Source: Selaginella moellendorffii
Taxonomy: Eukaryota > Plantae > Lycopodiophyta
DNA: 64,000 nucleotides
Assembly: GCF_000143415.4 (NCBI RefSeq)
Contig: NW_003314269.1
Coordinates: forward strand, 1,433,544-1,497,543
Reading direction: 5' to 3'
The notes under the pieces are model-generated. The model did not search any database. It saw only the letters and a list, made by a program, of their open reading frames with translations, and was not told the DNA's origin. The position numbers were made by a program, and so were the translations under genes. Below are positions 24,194 through 36,959 of this stretch, piece after piece. The first letter of the stretch is position 1. Every line of letters starts with the position of its first letter.

Positions 24194-25530
24194 TCATTGT
24201 TGCTGCTCGAACGCTTCGTGATCTGTGAAAGTTATCAGTGTCTGTGAGACATGATCTTTGTAGTTTCTATCTGGAGAACCTGTATCACTTTTCGCTGAGA
24301 TGTGATTGTCTGTTGTTTGTTTGTCTGAGTGTGGATTTTGCTGCTTCTTCCTCTGGACGTGAACGATCGCTGGCGCCCAGCTCATTTTCATCTCTTGCCG
24401 TTGGACAAGTTCCCAGGAGCCACCAGAAAACCGCTTTGTAACGGAAATCACAACCGAGCCATTTCGCAGTGTCTGAGTAGCTCTTTGCTGGTGGAGAAAG
24501 TTAGGAGAGAATAATTCTCCTTTCCTTCTCCTCCTAAAGCAAAACATAAACATACCTCAAGCTGCTCGAATAATGGATCATCAAAACATGTTGCGTTCGC
24601 AAAAACAATGTCGGCGTCTGACCAGTCTTCCTGAAAATGGAAATGCCATTAATCCGCTTGAGAAAAAAACAATAAACATGAAACAGCACCTGGAGAAAGT
24701 CTCCTCGAACAAAACTGATGTCTTGATCGCGTCTGGAAGGATGCAAATAAGGGAGAACCTGCAAAACAGTCTCAAGTGAAGTATAAGTGTCCATACAAAC
24801 TTTTTTTTTTTTCTTCTTGAACCTCCAGTTTGTACAGCAGAAGCAGCTCCTGATTCATCTCGTGCATGCCTGACGAAACGAAACAACACATAAGAACTTT
24901 TGCATACAGCGAAAAAGCAGACAGACTTGGGATGATCTCGAGTCCACAAGATTTCACGCAGTCCGGCCGCAACATTGGAGCTAGAAACACAGGACGGCCA
25001 GCACCACATCCCAAGTCGTAGAACGCGAAGCCTTTCCTGGAGGAGTCCCCCATAGCCAGAGGCACACACAGCTCCAGCATCCTTGCAAAAGCTATAAAGC
25101 TTACCTGAGAGCGTCGAAGCAAAAAAGAAACAACACACCACTGTGGCGGAAGAACACAAAAAAGGAAGAAAAAACTGACTTCTCCATAGATGAGACACTT
25201 GGAAGTTTTAGGACTGTGCTGCTGTATCTCCATTGCTTTCCTACTCTCTACCTGGAAGATGATGATCCATCGCGTAGAACAAAACTAAGAGGAGACAGTG
25301 CGTACCCGCCAAACCGGCGCTGGATGATCCCGGTACAAGCTTTCAATCAGCTCAAACGCATCTTTCCTGCTCAGCTGCTCTTTGGCAACGCTGCTGCCAC
25401 AAGAAATGCTGCTGCTGCTGGCCGCTTTGGTGGGATCATCAGCGACACAAGTTTGGACATTTGCAGCGCAGCAAAGACGCGAGTGGATCGAAAGCCGGCG
25501 GCAGCAAGCGCGAATCTCCCCCTCACCCAT
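24194..25530 (-). CDS. DOT1-like class I SAM-dependent lysine methyltransferase (about 7 exons)
   Basis: Spliced product: LIYGE|VSF..FYDLGCGAGRPVF..CVKSCGLEIIP..FVRGDFLQ|EDWSDADIVFANATCFDDPLFEQLE|QRATQTLRNGSVVISVTKRF..MSW. The first intron was checked in phase (exon 1 25530-25306, exon 2 from 25251). Confidence 0.72.
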
Positions 25531-25806
25531 TGCCCTAGCCACCAAGTTGCCAAGAATTAAAAGCTGGTATCGTTCAAGAGTGTCAAACTATGAGAATAAA
25601 TTGAAAAAGGAAGATTACAAGCTTCATTCAACAAGTTTTTCAGCTGGACTGCGTTTCAGATGAACTTATCCCTGACCTGGAAAAGTTTTGCAAGAGTTAA
25701 CCAGATGCGCGCATGAATACAGTTGTTCCAAGGTATTCAAAATTGAATTGTTCTCATTGGCAAAGTGTGAGGCGTGCACAATATACAAATACATGATAGA
25801 GGACCT

Positions 25807-26183
25807 TTATTCAAGAGCTTGATACGTTGTGTAGAAGCAACATTCCTGGGACGCAACAGGTTTTCAGGCAGTAAAAAATGCATTGACCTGCATGGATGGA
25901 GCAACTGCCCGTTCCGACCATCGGTTCTCTTGGTCACTTTCCATTCCCATGACCACAACCTGCAAATTTTATCAATAGTGTATTTCCCAGATAACATACT
26001 CACTTACGTGGCGCTGCAAGATGAACGTGAGTCATCTTAATACTGTCAGATTTGCTGTTCTTGGAAAGTTGTTCTTGAATCAAAATCACCTGCCAGTCAA
26101 GGGATGTGTCAACTAAAAAGAAGAAGTGATCATACCTTCTCTGTTCCTTTCATAACAAAATACCATGCATGGAGAGTGCATTT
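25807..26183 (-). pseudogene. Degenerate internal fragment of RNA polymerase III second-largest subunit (NRPC2/RPC2) with introns
   Basis: KCTLHAWYFVMKGTEK|VILIQEQLSKN, VVVMGMESDQE, EC..YTTYQALE* resemble RPC2 (CPLDPGGYF.VKGTEKVILIQEQLSKN, MGMESDQE, QALEY); premature TAA. Confidence 0.7.
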
Positions 26184-26404
26184 GTGGAGACCCTGTGGTG
26201 CATTTTCTTTGAATGAGCAGCAAATCAAGATTTCCCTCAGGAATGGACTTTAAACTGTGTGGTTCCCATCTATAAATCTGAGATCCTATGGTCCCAGAAA
26301 ATTACCCGACCATTATAGTGAACTCTATCTTCTCCAAGTTATTTATAACTATTCTAGAGCATCACCTTGTCTCTTGGAGTGAGACCAACTCCAAATGAAT
26401 TGAA

Positions 26405-26548
26405 CCGAACACCCTAAATAATGCATGTATCAAATGTTGAATTTCTCTCTCTTTAACTTGATGTAAATAACACTTCATTTCAAACACCCTAAATAATGCA
26501 TGTACCAGATGTCAAATTCCCTCTCTCTCTCTCTCTCTAGAGAGAGAG
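26405..26548. repeat. ~74-bp tandem duplication ending in a (CT)n-(AG)n palindrome
   Basis: aacaccctaaataatgcatgta occurs twice (~26408 and ~26483); ctctctctct...ctagagagagag at 26521-26548. Confidence 0.7.
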
Positions 26549-27005
26549 TTATATTGGATATTCTTTTACTTAAGCAAACTTCTAATGTGATATCTAGAAT
26601 ATATTTAAATATAATAGAATATTCTACTATCCAATAGTTGTTATTCATTTAGATTAATTTCTTATTTATAATTTATAAACATGTTGTGAGTGCATGGAAT
26701 ATGGAAAGGGAATATAGAAATGTGCATATCAATTAGCCCAAAAACCCTAACTTATATACAGGAGCGAGTGGTCCGGATTGAAACCAATCCAACGACTACC
26801 AAAATCTCACTACGCTAATATTAGTATACAGCATCGTAGCCGTACACTTGGCCCTCACATCATCCCCTCCTCTCGGAATAATGGAAGGCCGTCAGGGTTC
26901 TCTTGTAGATGGGCCGGGATCTGGAGGAACGATAGGAGGAGGCATCGGCGGATCTGTAGACGGTATTAACTGCTCCTGATCCCTTTGTATGAAGCGTTTT
27001 AACCG

Positions 27006-30000
27006 CTACACATGCATAATCTCCGGAGGATCAGCCTGCTGAACGTCATGCCGAACCTCATAAACTTGTGGTCCAACTTGCCGTAACACCCGATACAGTC
27101 CTTTCCACTGCGCAAGGAGCCCCTTAGATAAACCATGTACCGTAAGATGGGGAAAACGGATTAACACCAAATCATCCACTTTGTACTCCGCAGGTGGACG
27201 ATGATGGGAATTGTAGCGCCGTTGTTGTCCCACTTGTACACGGCCTAAGTGTTCAGCAGACTCTGCTCGGACAAGTGGAAGAAAGCTTGTCAAATATTGA
27301 TCCCATGACCTAGCATCAGGAGCTCGTGGCAATCGTGAAGGTAAACCCAGCTCTGTTGGTAATATTGGATCATGATCATATAGAAGTTTATATGGTGAAG
27401 CACCAACAGAACTCTGCACCCCTGTGACATAGGCATACTGAAGAGATGGCAAATAACCATCCCAATCCGAATGTTGAAAGTTCACATACTTCGCAATCAT
27501 CCCTTTGAATGTCTGAACGAGCCGTTCCACCAGACCGTCTGATTGTGGATGATAAGCACTCGTAAAAGTGTGGCGTATCCCCAACCGAGATGTCAAAACA
27601 TGAAATACCTCAGCCATAAATGCAAGACCATTATCTGAAAGAATCCACTCTGGACAAGAATGCTGGAACACCACTCGATTGAGGAGGAAGTATCCATCAG
27701 CAGTTGCAGAGGCACTAGCAAGAGCACCAACTTCCACCCAACGAGTCAAGTAGTCAGAAGCAATAATAACATACTCATTGCCAGCAGTCGATCGTGGAAA
27801 AGGTCCCATAAGATCAAACGCCACTAACTCAAACGGACGGGAAACTGTAATTGACTCCAACCGTCCTTCCGCAGCACAAGGGGGAGTATTACGAGCTTGG
27901 CACCAAACGCAGCTACGCACATACCAGATAATATCACGTCGCATCTCTGGCCAATAGAAAGACCTGTGCAGCTTCTCGGTGACACGACGGTGTCCCATAT
28001 GCCCACCTAGAATAGGAGAATCATGGTAGGCATGGAGAAACCGCGGAATAAACACCGAAGGCACCACCAGCCGTAAATGATCATTAGGATCCGTCCCCAT
28101 AAAATAAAGAAGGCCATCTTTAAGGCGATATTGAGAATGTAAATGCCGGAAAGGCAAGTCATCAGTAAGTGATGCAGGATTCTCAAACCCATCTCGAAGC
28201 CTTCAAATCCACGGCTCAATCTTTTGAGCCTCGCGAACCTCATCAAGAGAAGGTAGATCTTGCTCTGCGCCCTGTGGACACTGAACGTCAAGGACAGCAA
28301 CCACTGACGGCATAGAATCCTCATCTAGAAAATCCACAGATGCTGGAACAACAGGTTCGTTAGAAACATGAGAAGTGAGTGGAGAAGGAAGAAGAGCTCG
28401 AGAAAGGGCATCAGTATCAGCCATAGAACTCCTTGGGCGATGAACAACATCGAAATCATATATCTGAAGCTTCAAAGCCCATCGAGCCGTACGACCAACC
28501 AGGTTCTTCCGTTTCAATAATGAAGTAACAGCAGCATGGTCACCTTCAAGTAACGTCCGAGAACCATGTAGATATGCATGAAGTTTCTCGAAACCCCAGA
28601 CTGCTGCTAAACACTCCTTCTCCGTCGTGGAGTAGTTCATCTCCGCTGGTTGTAATGTACGGCTTATGTATGCAATGGGATGGCGCTGACCAGGCACACT
28701 CGAGCTCTCTTGCATCAACACACCTCCAAGACCAATGTCAGAAGCATCCACGCGCAAAATAAAAAATCGAGTGTAGTCAGGATATGCCAAAACCAGAGGA
28801 GTTGTCAATAGCTCTTTGAGATCCACGAATGCCCGCTCACAATCCGGAGACCAGATGAAAGATGACGTTGATGACTTCAGCAACGCTCGCAATGGTGTAG
28901 TGCGATCGGAAAGATGATTCACAAAACGACCAAGATACTGCACCTTACCCAAAAAGCGCTGCACATCATTCACACACTTTGGAGTAGGGAACTTTAGAAC
29001 AGCCACAAGTTTGTCAGGATCAACTTGCAAACCCTCACGAGAAATACGGTACCCAAGATAAGTTGTGTCCTTGGACCCAAACACACACTTTGACCGCTTC
29101 ATCTTTAAACCAACATCGCGTAGCCAATCCAACACTTTACAAACATCACGAACGTGCTCCTCCCACGTCCCCTCCGAGTGGATCAAGACATCATCAATGA
29201 AGTCAGCCGTCACCTCCGGCATATCGCAAAGAACCTCGTCCATCATCCGTTGAAAAGTTGCTGGAGCATTGTTCAAACCAAACGGCATCACCAAGAACTC
29301 GTACAAACCAAATGGTGTACGAAAAGCAGTCTTAGGAATATCGTCTTCGGCCATCGGTACTTGCCAATACCCAGAAGCAAGATCTAGCTTGGTGAACCAA
29401 TGACTTCGCCCTAGACGATCTAAGAGATCAGCAGTGTGAGGAAGAGGGTACACATCCGGGATCGTCACTTCATTTAACGGACGATAGTCGATGCAAAAAC
29501 GAATACTCCCATCAGGCTTCGTCACAAGATGAGGTTCACATGCCCAAGGACTCCGCGACTTCCGAATAACACCCTTCTCCAACATCTCCTTGACGTTTGC
29601 ACGTAAAATCTTGATCTCCTTGGGTGACCGATGACGAACAAGAACCTTGATTGAACGAGCATCCCCGGTTGGAATGGGATGACGTGTGGCAATCTTGGCC
29701 CCAGACGATAGGTCAAATTCAAAGAGATCAGAATACTCCTTCATGAGCTGGTCAACAGTTGCAACACAAAGATCATCGGAGGGATCGGAAAAGGGAAGAG
29801 CAGAACAAGATGGAAACACAAGAGGAAATAGTGGGGGAACAAAAGTAATGGAAGTAGAGGTAGAAGTAGAGGGACGAAAAGGTACGGAAGTGAAAGGAAT
29901 GGATGAAACATAAGGAAGTATGAGACAAGAAGGAGAAGCCTCAAAGTCACACTTGGCATGATTGCGTTGCAACCAATCCATACCAAGAATGAAGTCAAAA

Positions 30001-30356
30001 GCTTGACTCAGCACCACCCGCAACGACTGCAACTCAAGCTCGAGATCGCCCACATGCACAACCAGGTCTGCCTCATCTCGTGCACATGCATGTGTATGGC
30101 CGTTGCCATAAAGAATGAAAACTGGATCCGCCGCATGACGCAAGTGTAGACGACAACGTGTGGCAACAGGTCGAGCAATAGAAGATAAACTCGAACCTGT
30201 ATCAACTAACACGGAGAGAAGAATAGAAGACCTCTTGTTATAAAAATGAGCTTGGAAAGTAAACACTGGATGAATCGGTGCCGAGTGAACCCCTTGATAA
30301 TACTCCCGAAAGAAAGATGGAGGGGTCACTAACTTATTCGCGCAAGGTCCCTCCAT
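27006..30356 (-). pseudogene. pol: Pol (protease, RT, RNase H, integrase) in the -1 frame relative to gag; in-frame TGA at 28203
   Basis: LVDTGS, RFCIDYRPLN, LDLASGYWQ, MPFGLNNAPATFQ, FIDD, VDASDIG, H..GH..C..C, SDNG..YHPQSDGLVER; the two ORFs share a frame across one stop codon. Confidence 0.92.
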
Positions 30357-31288
30357 TACTCGCGCGACTCCTCGTTTCCCGAATGCACCTCGGTATCCAA
30401 ACCTTCCACCGTAGCAACACCAATGGGACGTTGCTTACGCCAAGGTCTCCACCCAGGAAATGGAGGTCGCCAATCCGAAAAGCGCCGACAACGCCGATAA
30501 GTATGACCAACTTCATCACACGCCCAACAACGAACATCACGGCCACGACCACGTCCTCGCCCTTGTCCTTGGACTCGAGTAGCAGCAGCATCAACCTCCA
30601 TGGTAATAGGACCATCACTCATAGGAAGTAGAGCTGAAGGACGTGTAGCAAGAAGTGGAAGAGGCGACATCTCATAACGTTGTGCCAAGCGAAGAGCATC
30701 GTCAAGAGTGGCAGGAGCAAGTGCATGCACAAGTCCGACAAGATCTTGACGAAGTGCTGGCCACAACATTCCTAGCTTGATCCGCTCCAACATATTTGGC
30801 TCCGCACGAAGCAAAAGACTTCGGAAACAAACGCCAAATTGCATCACCGACTTAAATGGCCCTTGGCAAAAACGATGCAATTGTTGGAAGGCATCATCAC
30901 AATCGTCGGCGTGGCTGAAGGCGCGTTTGAAGACGTCCGGAAGAACACTCCAATCGCCACAAGTGGCTATGCTCAATCCATTGTACCACTGCAAAGCCGT
31001 CCCTTGGAGACATGTGGGGAACTCACGCAAACGTCGAGCATCATCCCAAGAATGATATGTGGCAATCACTGTGAAGTGATCGAACCAATGGTACACATCA
31101 TCCCCAGGATTCCCACGAAATAACTCCGGCCAAACACGAGGATTGGCACCAAAAGCAAGAGGAGTTGTACCATGTGCCGTGAATGCCGCCATCAACTGAG
31201 TTTGGTTGTTCAATTGCAAGCACATAGCATCAAGCAATTGAACTAGCTGCTGCTCTAGAGTCAAAGGAGGAGATTGCGGATCGGCCAT
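30356..31288 (-). CDS. gag: Gag with CCHC zinc knuckle
   Basis: PELFRG..WFDHF, LQGTALQWY, CWACDEVGHTYRRC. Confidence 0.9.
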   Translation of the reverse strand: MADPQSPPLTLEQQLVQLLDAMCLQLNNQTQLMAAFTAHGTTPLAFGANPRVWPELFRGNPGDDVYHWFDHFTVIATYHSWDDARRLREFPTCLQGTALQWYNGLSIATCGDWSVLPDVFKRAFSHADDCDDAFQQLHRFCQGPFKSVMQFGVCFRSLLLRAEPNMLERIKLGMLWPALRQDLVGLVHALAPATLDDALRLAQRYEMSPLPLLATRPSALLPMSDGPITMEVDAAATRVQGQGRGRGRGRDVRCWACDEVGHTYRRCRRFSDWRPPFPGWRPWRKQRPIGVATVEGLDTEVHSGNEESRE

Positions 31289-33699
31289 GAAGATGAATGA
31301 AAAAGAAAGAGCAAAAGAAGAGAAATGACAAAAAACTGGAAAGAAATGGTAGATCTAGACAATGCAAAAAGCTATATCTAAACCAAAATCCTGAAAGGAA
31401 AGAACAAAAGAAAGGAAATGGAAAAAGCTAGATTTAGACAATGCAAAAGCTAGATTTAAACCGAAATCCCAAATCCAAGCACTCCCCAGGGACAATCAAA
31501 GATGCCCCTCACCTTCACCAATGTGAGTGCATGGAATATGGAAAGGGAATACAGAAATGTGCATATCAATTAGCCCAAAAACCCTAGTTTATATACAAGA
31601 GCGAGTGGTCCGGATTGAAACTAATCCGACGGCTACCAAAATCCCACTACACTAATATTAATATATGGCATCGTAGCCGTACACTTGGCCCTCACAATGT
31701 TTATATTTTATAAACTTTCCTAAAAAATTTCTAGTATATTTTATTCTACCATATAATGTTTGGTATTCAATAAAATTAATCTTGTGTTTATAAATTATAA
31801 ACATATTTAAAATTATAAACTTCCATTTGATCAATTGAATTAAAAAATAAGAATAAAACTAATATTAAGAAAATCACATGCAATGCACAATAAAATTTTC
31901 TCTATTTAGAGAGTTTCTCAAAAAATTTATAAAAAGCCTTTAAATATATTTAGATAAAATAAATGCTCTATCACAGCTCATAATTATTCGTTTTATTTTG
32001 TTAAAGGAAGGCCAATTATGATTACTGAATATCAACCTTGTTTTGAGTATTTGTTTTTTGTATTATTTCAATTTAATGTTGAGCTGTTAAACACTTTAGA
32101 GGCTAGCCCAAGACCTTAGTCAGAAAGGATACACCTAGAACACCATGTCACAAAATCACTATTTGTATAATAAATTATGCAATTGAGTTAGGTGTATATT
32201 TAAATCCAACATGTGAGGTAATCATATGTAATGATGATGTACTGATTACTCTATAGTAGATTTTGGAAAAGGCTATATTAAATCATATATGACCAATTCA
32301 AACAGATGGGAAACTTAAACTAGTTTTAATGACCTAACAAGTTGGCAGAGCTAAAACTTTTTAAAGTTTTTATATGCTTAGAAACATCATGATGCATTTG
32401 AGGGCATGTTACACAACCCTTATGCTTAAGAATTGATATCACAATTGTATGATCTATCTCAATCAAGATATGTAATCCATGAAATAAGGCATGAAACTCT
32501 AAAAATACCTATACAATAGCTCTCCACATCAATGATAGAATGACTAGTATAACTAATAAGATATAGAATCATTAGCAGTTTTTTTCATTAAGTCAATAAA
32601 ACCCACATTAAAAGCATTTATGTGAAAGATAAGTCTACAACTAAAGTAAGAATCAAAAGCTTTTTAAGCTTTTCAAATTCTTTCTAAAATTTTTACAACC
32701 AAAAAAATTGCACATTTTGCTAAATCAAACTTCACAAAGAGAGGAAAAACATTGGCACAAATTTTTAAATAAATAGCCTTTCTCAAGACATTATACAACT
32801 TTGCAATATTATAAGGAACAATAACTTCATCAATAATCTACATCATGTAAAGATCTAACTGCACTCTATCTCATGAAATTAAAAACCCCAAGTCCTATAA
32901 AAATTTTATCCAAATTTACACTTTGAAAGTTTGAGTTTGAGAAAATGCTTCTCAAGGATCTAAAGTACTTGTTTGACATGTTATAAATGATCATGCATAT
33001 GAATTACCAAATCATCCAAATAAGTTTATACAAACTCCTCAAAACCTTTTAACATTTCATCTATCATTTGTTAAGGTGTTTCCATCATTTTAAATAATAT
33101 CACTATAAACTCATAAAAACTGTTGGAGTTGGAAAGGTTATTTTAGCTTCATCAGTTAGATCTATAGGTATTTTTACTCTAACCTACACCATGCATACAC
33201 TGGCCCAAGGTCAAAATCATCACACCTCTCATTGCATTCATAAATGGGATTACGATTTGCTTTGATTGCGCAAAGATTATTGTATTAAAGACCATTGCAC
33301 CTCTCTCTACAACTTGCTTTATACTTGCCCTGCAATTAAGATTGTTGGTCTCAATTATGATTAAGATCACCTTTGCATATGTGATTATTTGGTCTTGACT
33401 GAGTTTTAGGATTTTCTTGACTGCCACTAACCATGTTCTAGTTAAGCTTTTTGGGATTTTCTACATTCTGGTTTAGTGTTTCGAGATTTTCTTGAGTACC
33501 ACCAAGAATTTTTAATTAAAAAACCTTAATATAGCCCTAAAATATAATATGTAAGGAAATTTTTAGTAATTGAGGAGTTAGAAATTAAAAATATAACTAT
33601 TGTGGAAAATGTATAGTAGTCATAAAAAAATTAAGGCTCATCTTGCTAGAATTTCAAGGTATAACATTAAAGTAAGTAGTGCTTCAAATATTCCCTTTT

Positions 33700-35600
33700 A
33701 TATTCAAAAATAAGCTCGATGAATGTTTATGGAGAAAATCACAACTACTCCTTTACATTTATGGCAAATCTATGAAGCTAATATTTTAATGGAGCATTTG
33801 TTTTTAGATTTAAGACATATTGCTAATCACTCCCAATATGTGACTGCTTTTGTATACCATAAAGGATCATCTACTTGTCAAAAGTGAAGACAAGACAAGA
33901 TAACAATATTGAGAAAATATTTAATAAAGCAAGATATAACAATTTGAATAATTCAGTGGTGAAGTTCTTTTAAAACCATTTTATGTTGTCAAAAGCTTGT
34001 ATTTTTTACATGATTATCTCAACTATTGCTAATGGTGTGCCATTGAGGCTTCTTAGTTTCTTTCATGGGATATATAATAGTGACAAGTAGATAATCTAAC
34101 ATAAAGAATAGATAATTTCTAAATTTTTATATTATGGTAGGTTGCTAACACCAAAGGATAAAAGAAAATTGGTTTTTGACCTTATGAGTAATTTAGATTA
34201 ATCAATTTGGATATTGGCGTTAAAAATGTATTAAAGTTGTGACTAACAATGCTTTGAACTATGTATCAATGGAAAATAAGAGAGGAAATATTCCCCTTTT
34301 ATCTTACAACATTAACATTTATACCATATTTAGATTTGCTTATTGGAAGGTTTGATCATAAGTGACTATAAGAAAATTGTGAGATTCATAGCTAAAAAAC
34401 TAATATTTCTTGCTTATATAAGAGAGTTTTGCCCAAGAAAACTCATGAAGCTTGCAAAAATTTTAATTTTTGCATTGCCCTTATGGTCAATTAACTTTAA
34501 CATAACAATGTTTTAATGTGTCTTTAACAATTTATAGTGAATATAAAAATTTAATTGGGTATCATACAAAGAATGCTAAGGAAATTCATACAACAATTCT
34601 CAATTATCAAATTTGGAAGAAGATGCTTCTATTTTATTAATCATGATAGTTTTTATTTTGAAGGTGTTACTTTATATTAATCATAAGGTTACAATAATAG
34701 GAATAATTTATAAAACAATATATCATATAATTAAAATATTAAAGCTTACAACCCAAGATGTAATGTTGATGCATTTAAATCTTGGTCAAAGACTAATGTA
34801 AAAGGAAAATTAATTTTATACATAACATTACATAAATTTTAAATTATTTATACTTTGAATAAGACTTGAATGCTAAAGTAAGAAGTTATTGGATGGATTA
34901 TTTATGATTTTTAATACCATGGAGATATTTAATTAGAAAAAATGTTGGATGAGTAATTCAATATATTTCAATAAGGAATTGGCACAACTATCAATCCAAA
35001 CTTGCCAAAAAACAAGTAAAAAGAAAATTTCTACAAATATGAGACAACTTAGTTAAGGAGATTAACACTTTATGTGTTAAATCAAGAAGGGTGTTTTTCT
35101 TATATAAACAAAATTAGAGCAGTTGAAATATATAAATAACTCGGCCATCTATTTTTTGAAGACTTAAAAAAGTTAGTTTATATGCATAGCAACACAAAAG
35201 TGGTGGATCATGTTAAAAGTAAAGAAGTGAAGTTCTTGAAGATCAATTTCAATGAAATTAAGCTTAAGCCATAAAAATTGGGGATTATAGATATATAAAT
35301 TAGATTTAAATATTTTGATATAAAAAATTTAGAGATACAAATTAAGTAAGATCTTCCAAATGAAGATGTAAAAATTATTGAAGAAAATGTCAAAGATGTC
35401 ATAAATGATTAATTTATTTCTAGTGGTTTGGTTTTTCCTACTTGTAGTAGTTTAGTTTTACTACTAATAGTTTATTTTTTCTTCATTTAATTTCCTAAAA
35501 TGTCATTTTTTATTTTTATAATTAAAAATATTATGAAATAATTGGATCACTTAAGTAGTCAGTGGTTGACTAGTCAACTCCATTTATAATCAATCACTAT
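33700..35600 (+). mobile_element. Highly degenerate hAT-family transposase relic
   Basis: Broken motifs ANGVP (~34030), NVLKVVTNNA..YV (~34225-34270, cf. VTDNA), DLLLE (~34335), KLVYMHSN (~35170-35195); GTTGACTAGTCAAC palindrome near 35566. Confidence 0.55.
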
Positions 35601-36959
35601 ACCTCTTTGTACCCTTGTGAGTTGTGCCATAATCACCCCCATCCCTCATATAAGGCCACTATAAACTCCAATACTTTCTCAAAAACATCTCCACTTGCAC
35701 AACTGATACAAATCAACCACCATAACATATTTTAAAGGGAAATAGTTGATTGTAGCACTTAATCCTATCTGGTTTGAGAATAAAATGTGACTTAACTGCC
35801 CATAGAATATATGACTTCAAGTTAGACTTCTCATTCATATATTCAACTACTATTTATTGTAAGGAAATCACAAGAAAATTTCTATTCTAAAAAGACATAC
35901 ATCTCAAGCTATACCATGTCTACATAATGGACTTATTCTGATTAATGGGACCAATAAATTTGGAATTGAGCCAAAAGCTTCTCAGCATCACACTCTCATT
36001 TGCTCAAAGCAAAAGATTTTCAATCAAAACCATTAGACTTCATTGAACACAATCAATAGTAACAAAAAAAAGATGTTTTGGAATAGTACTTCTCAAGAGA
36101 TATATACTATATACATAAGAATTTGTAAAGGATAAGAATAAGAGACTTTTTTTGTACATTCCAAATTGAATGTTCTACTAATGAGATTGCATAACTAGAA
36201 ATCACCCTAGTGTCATTGCCAACACTTAAAAAGACAAACATTAAACATTTATCCTCTATCAACTCCATACCATAAGTTGTGAAAGAGAGTGCATATGATA
36301 TCTGAGGCTCTTTTAGCTTTTCAAGGCTGCTGTATGAGGCTAGAGGGATGAACTACAGGAATATTTTAAGAATATTCTATGGCCTTTGGGATTTAAGGCA
36401 GTAACGCAGGTTGGCCTAGGGTTTGCTCTCTTGTTCGTTTCACTATTCTTTTGCAGCTAACTCAATATGCTTCTTGCAACCCCTTCTCAGCATATGCAAG
36501 GCCCCATGTTATAACGTTTTTGCATTGCAGAAGAATTACTTCCACTTCATCCTACACTCTTGATTGGATGAACTCTATGCTCTTCAAATGCCAATGGAAT
36601 TTATTCTGCAATAGCAAGGTGTACTTTGTAACCCTCAAAACTTATCATCTGCATGTAGAGGTAGAGTTAAACAGTAAGGCCCTAAATCCTGCTGATGGAA
36701 TGAGGAGCGAGGACTAATGAGCTGCATCACAAATGTTCACTTCAAATCCACTCTCATTTGACAGCCCACTTGATTCTTGTGACAGTGCCACCAAAATGCA
36801 GACTTCTTTCATGAATTTCATTCCAGCCTGAGTGTAGAATGTAATAAATTGATGTAACCTAGCACTTTGATGCTCCCAATGTCATGCATATTAATTCATA
36901 CAATAAGTCTAATAATAATAGGTCGGCTTGTGTGTTCAAATAAATAACACAACCGAAAT

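Larger units (their letters stand above)
26685..31696 (-). mobile_element. Full-length Ty3/gypsy LTR retrotransposon (no chromodomain), 175-bp LTRs, 4-bp TSD ATGT; inactivated by nonsense mutations
   Basis: LTRs 26685-26859 and 31522-31696 (TGTGAG...CTCACA); ATGT on both flanks; PBS TGGTGAAGGTGAGGGGCATC; PPT GAGAGGAGGGGA; domain order gag-PR-RT-RH-IN. Confidence 0.95.
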
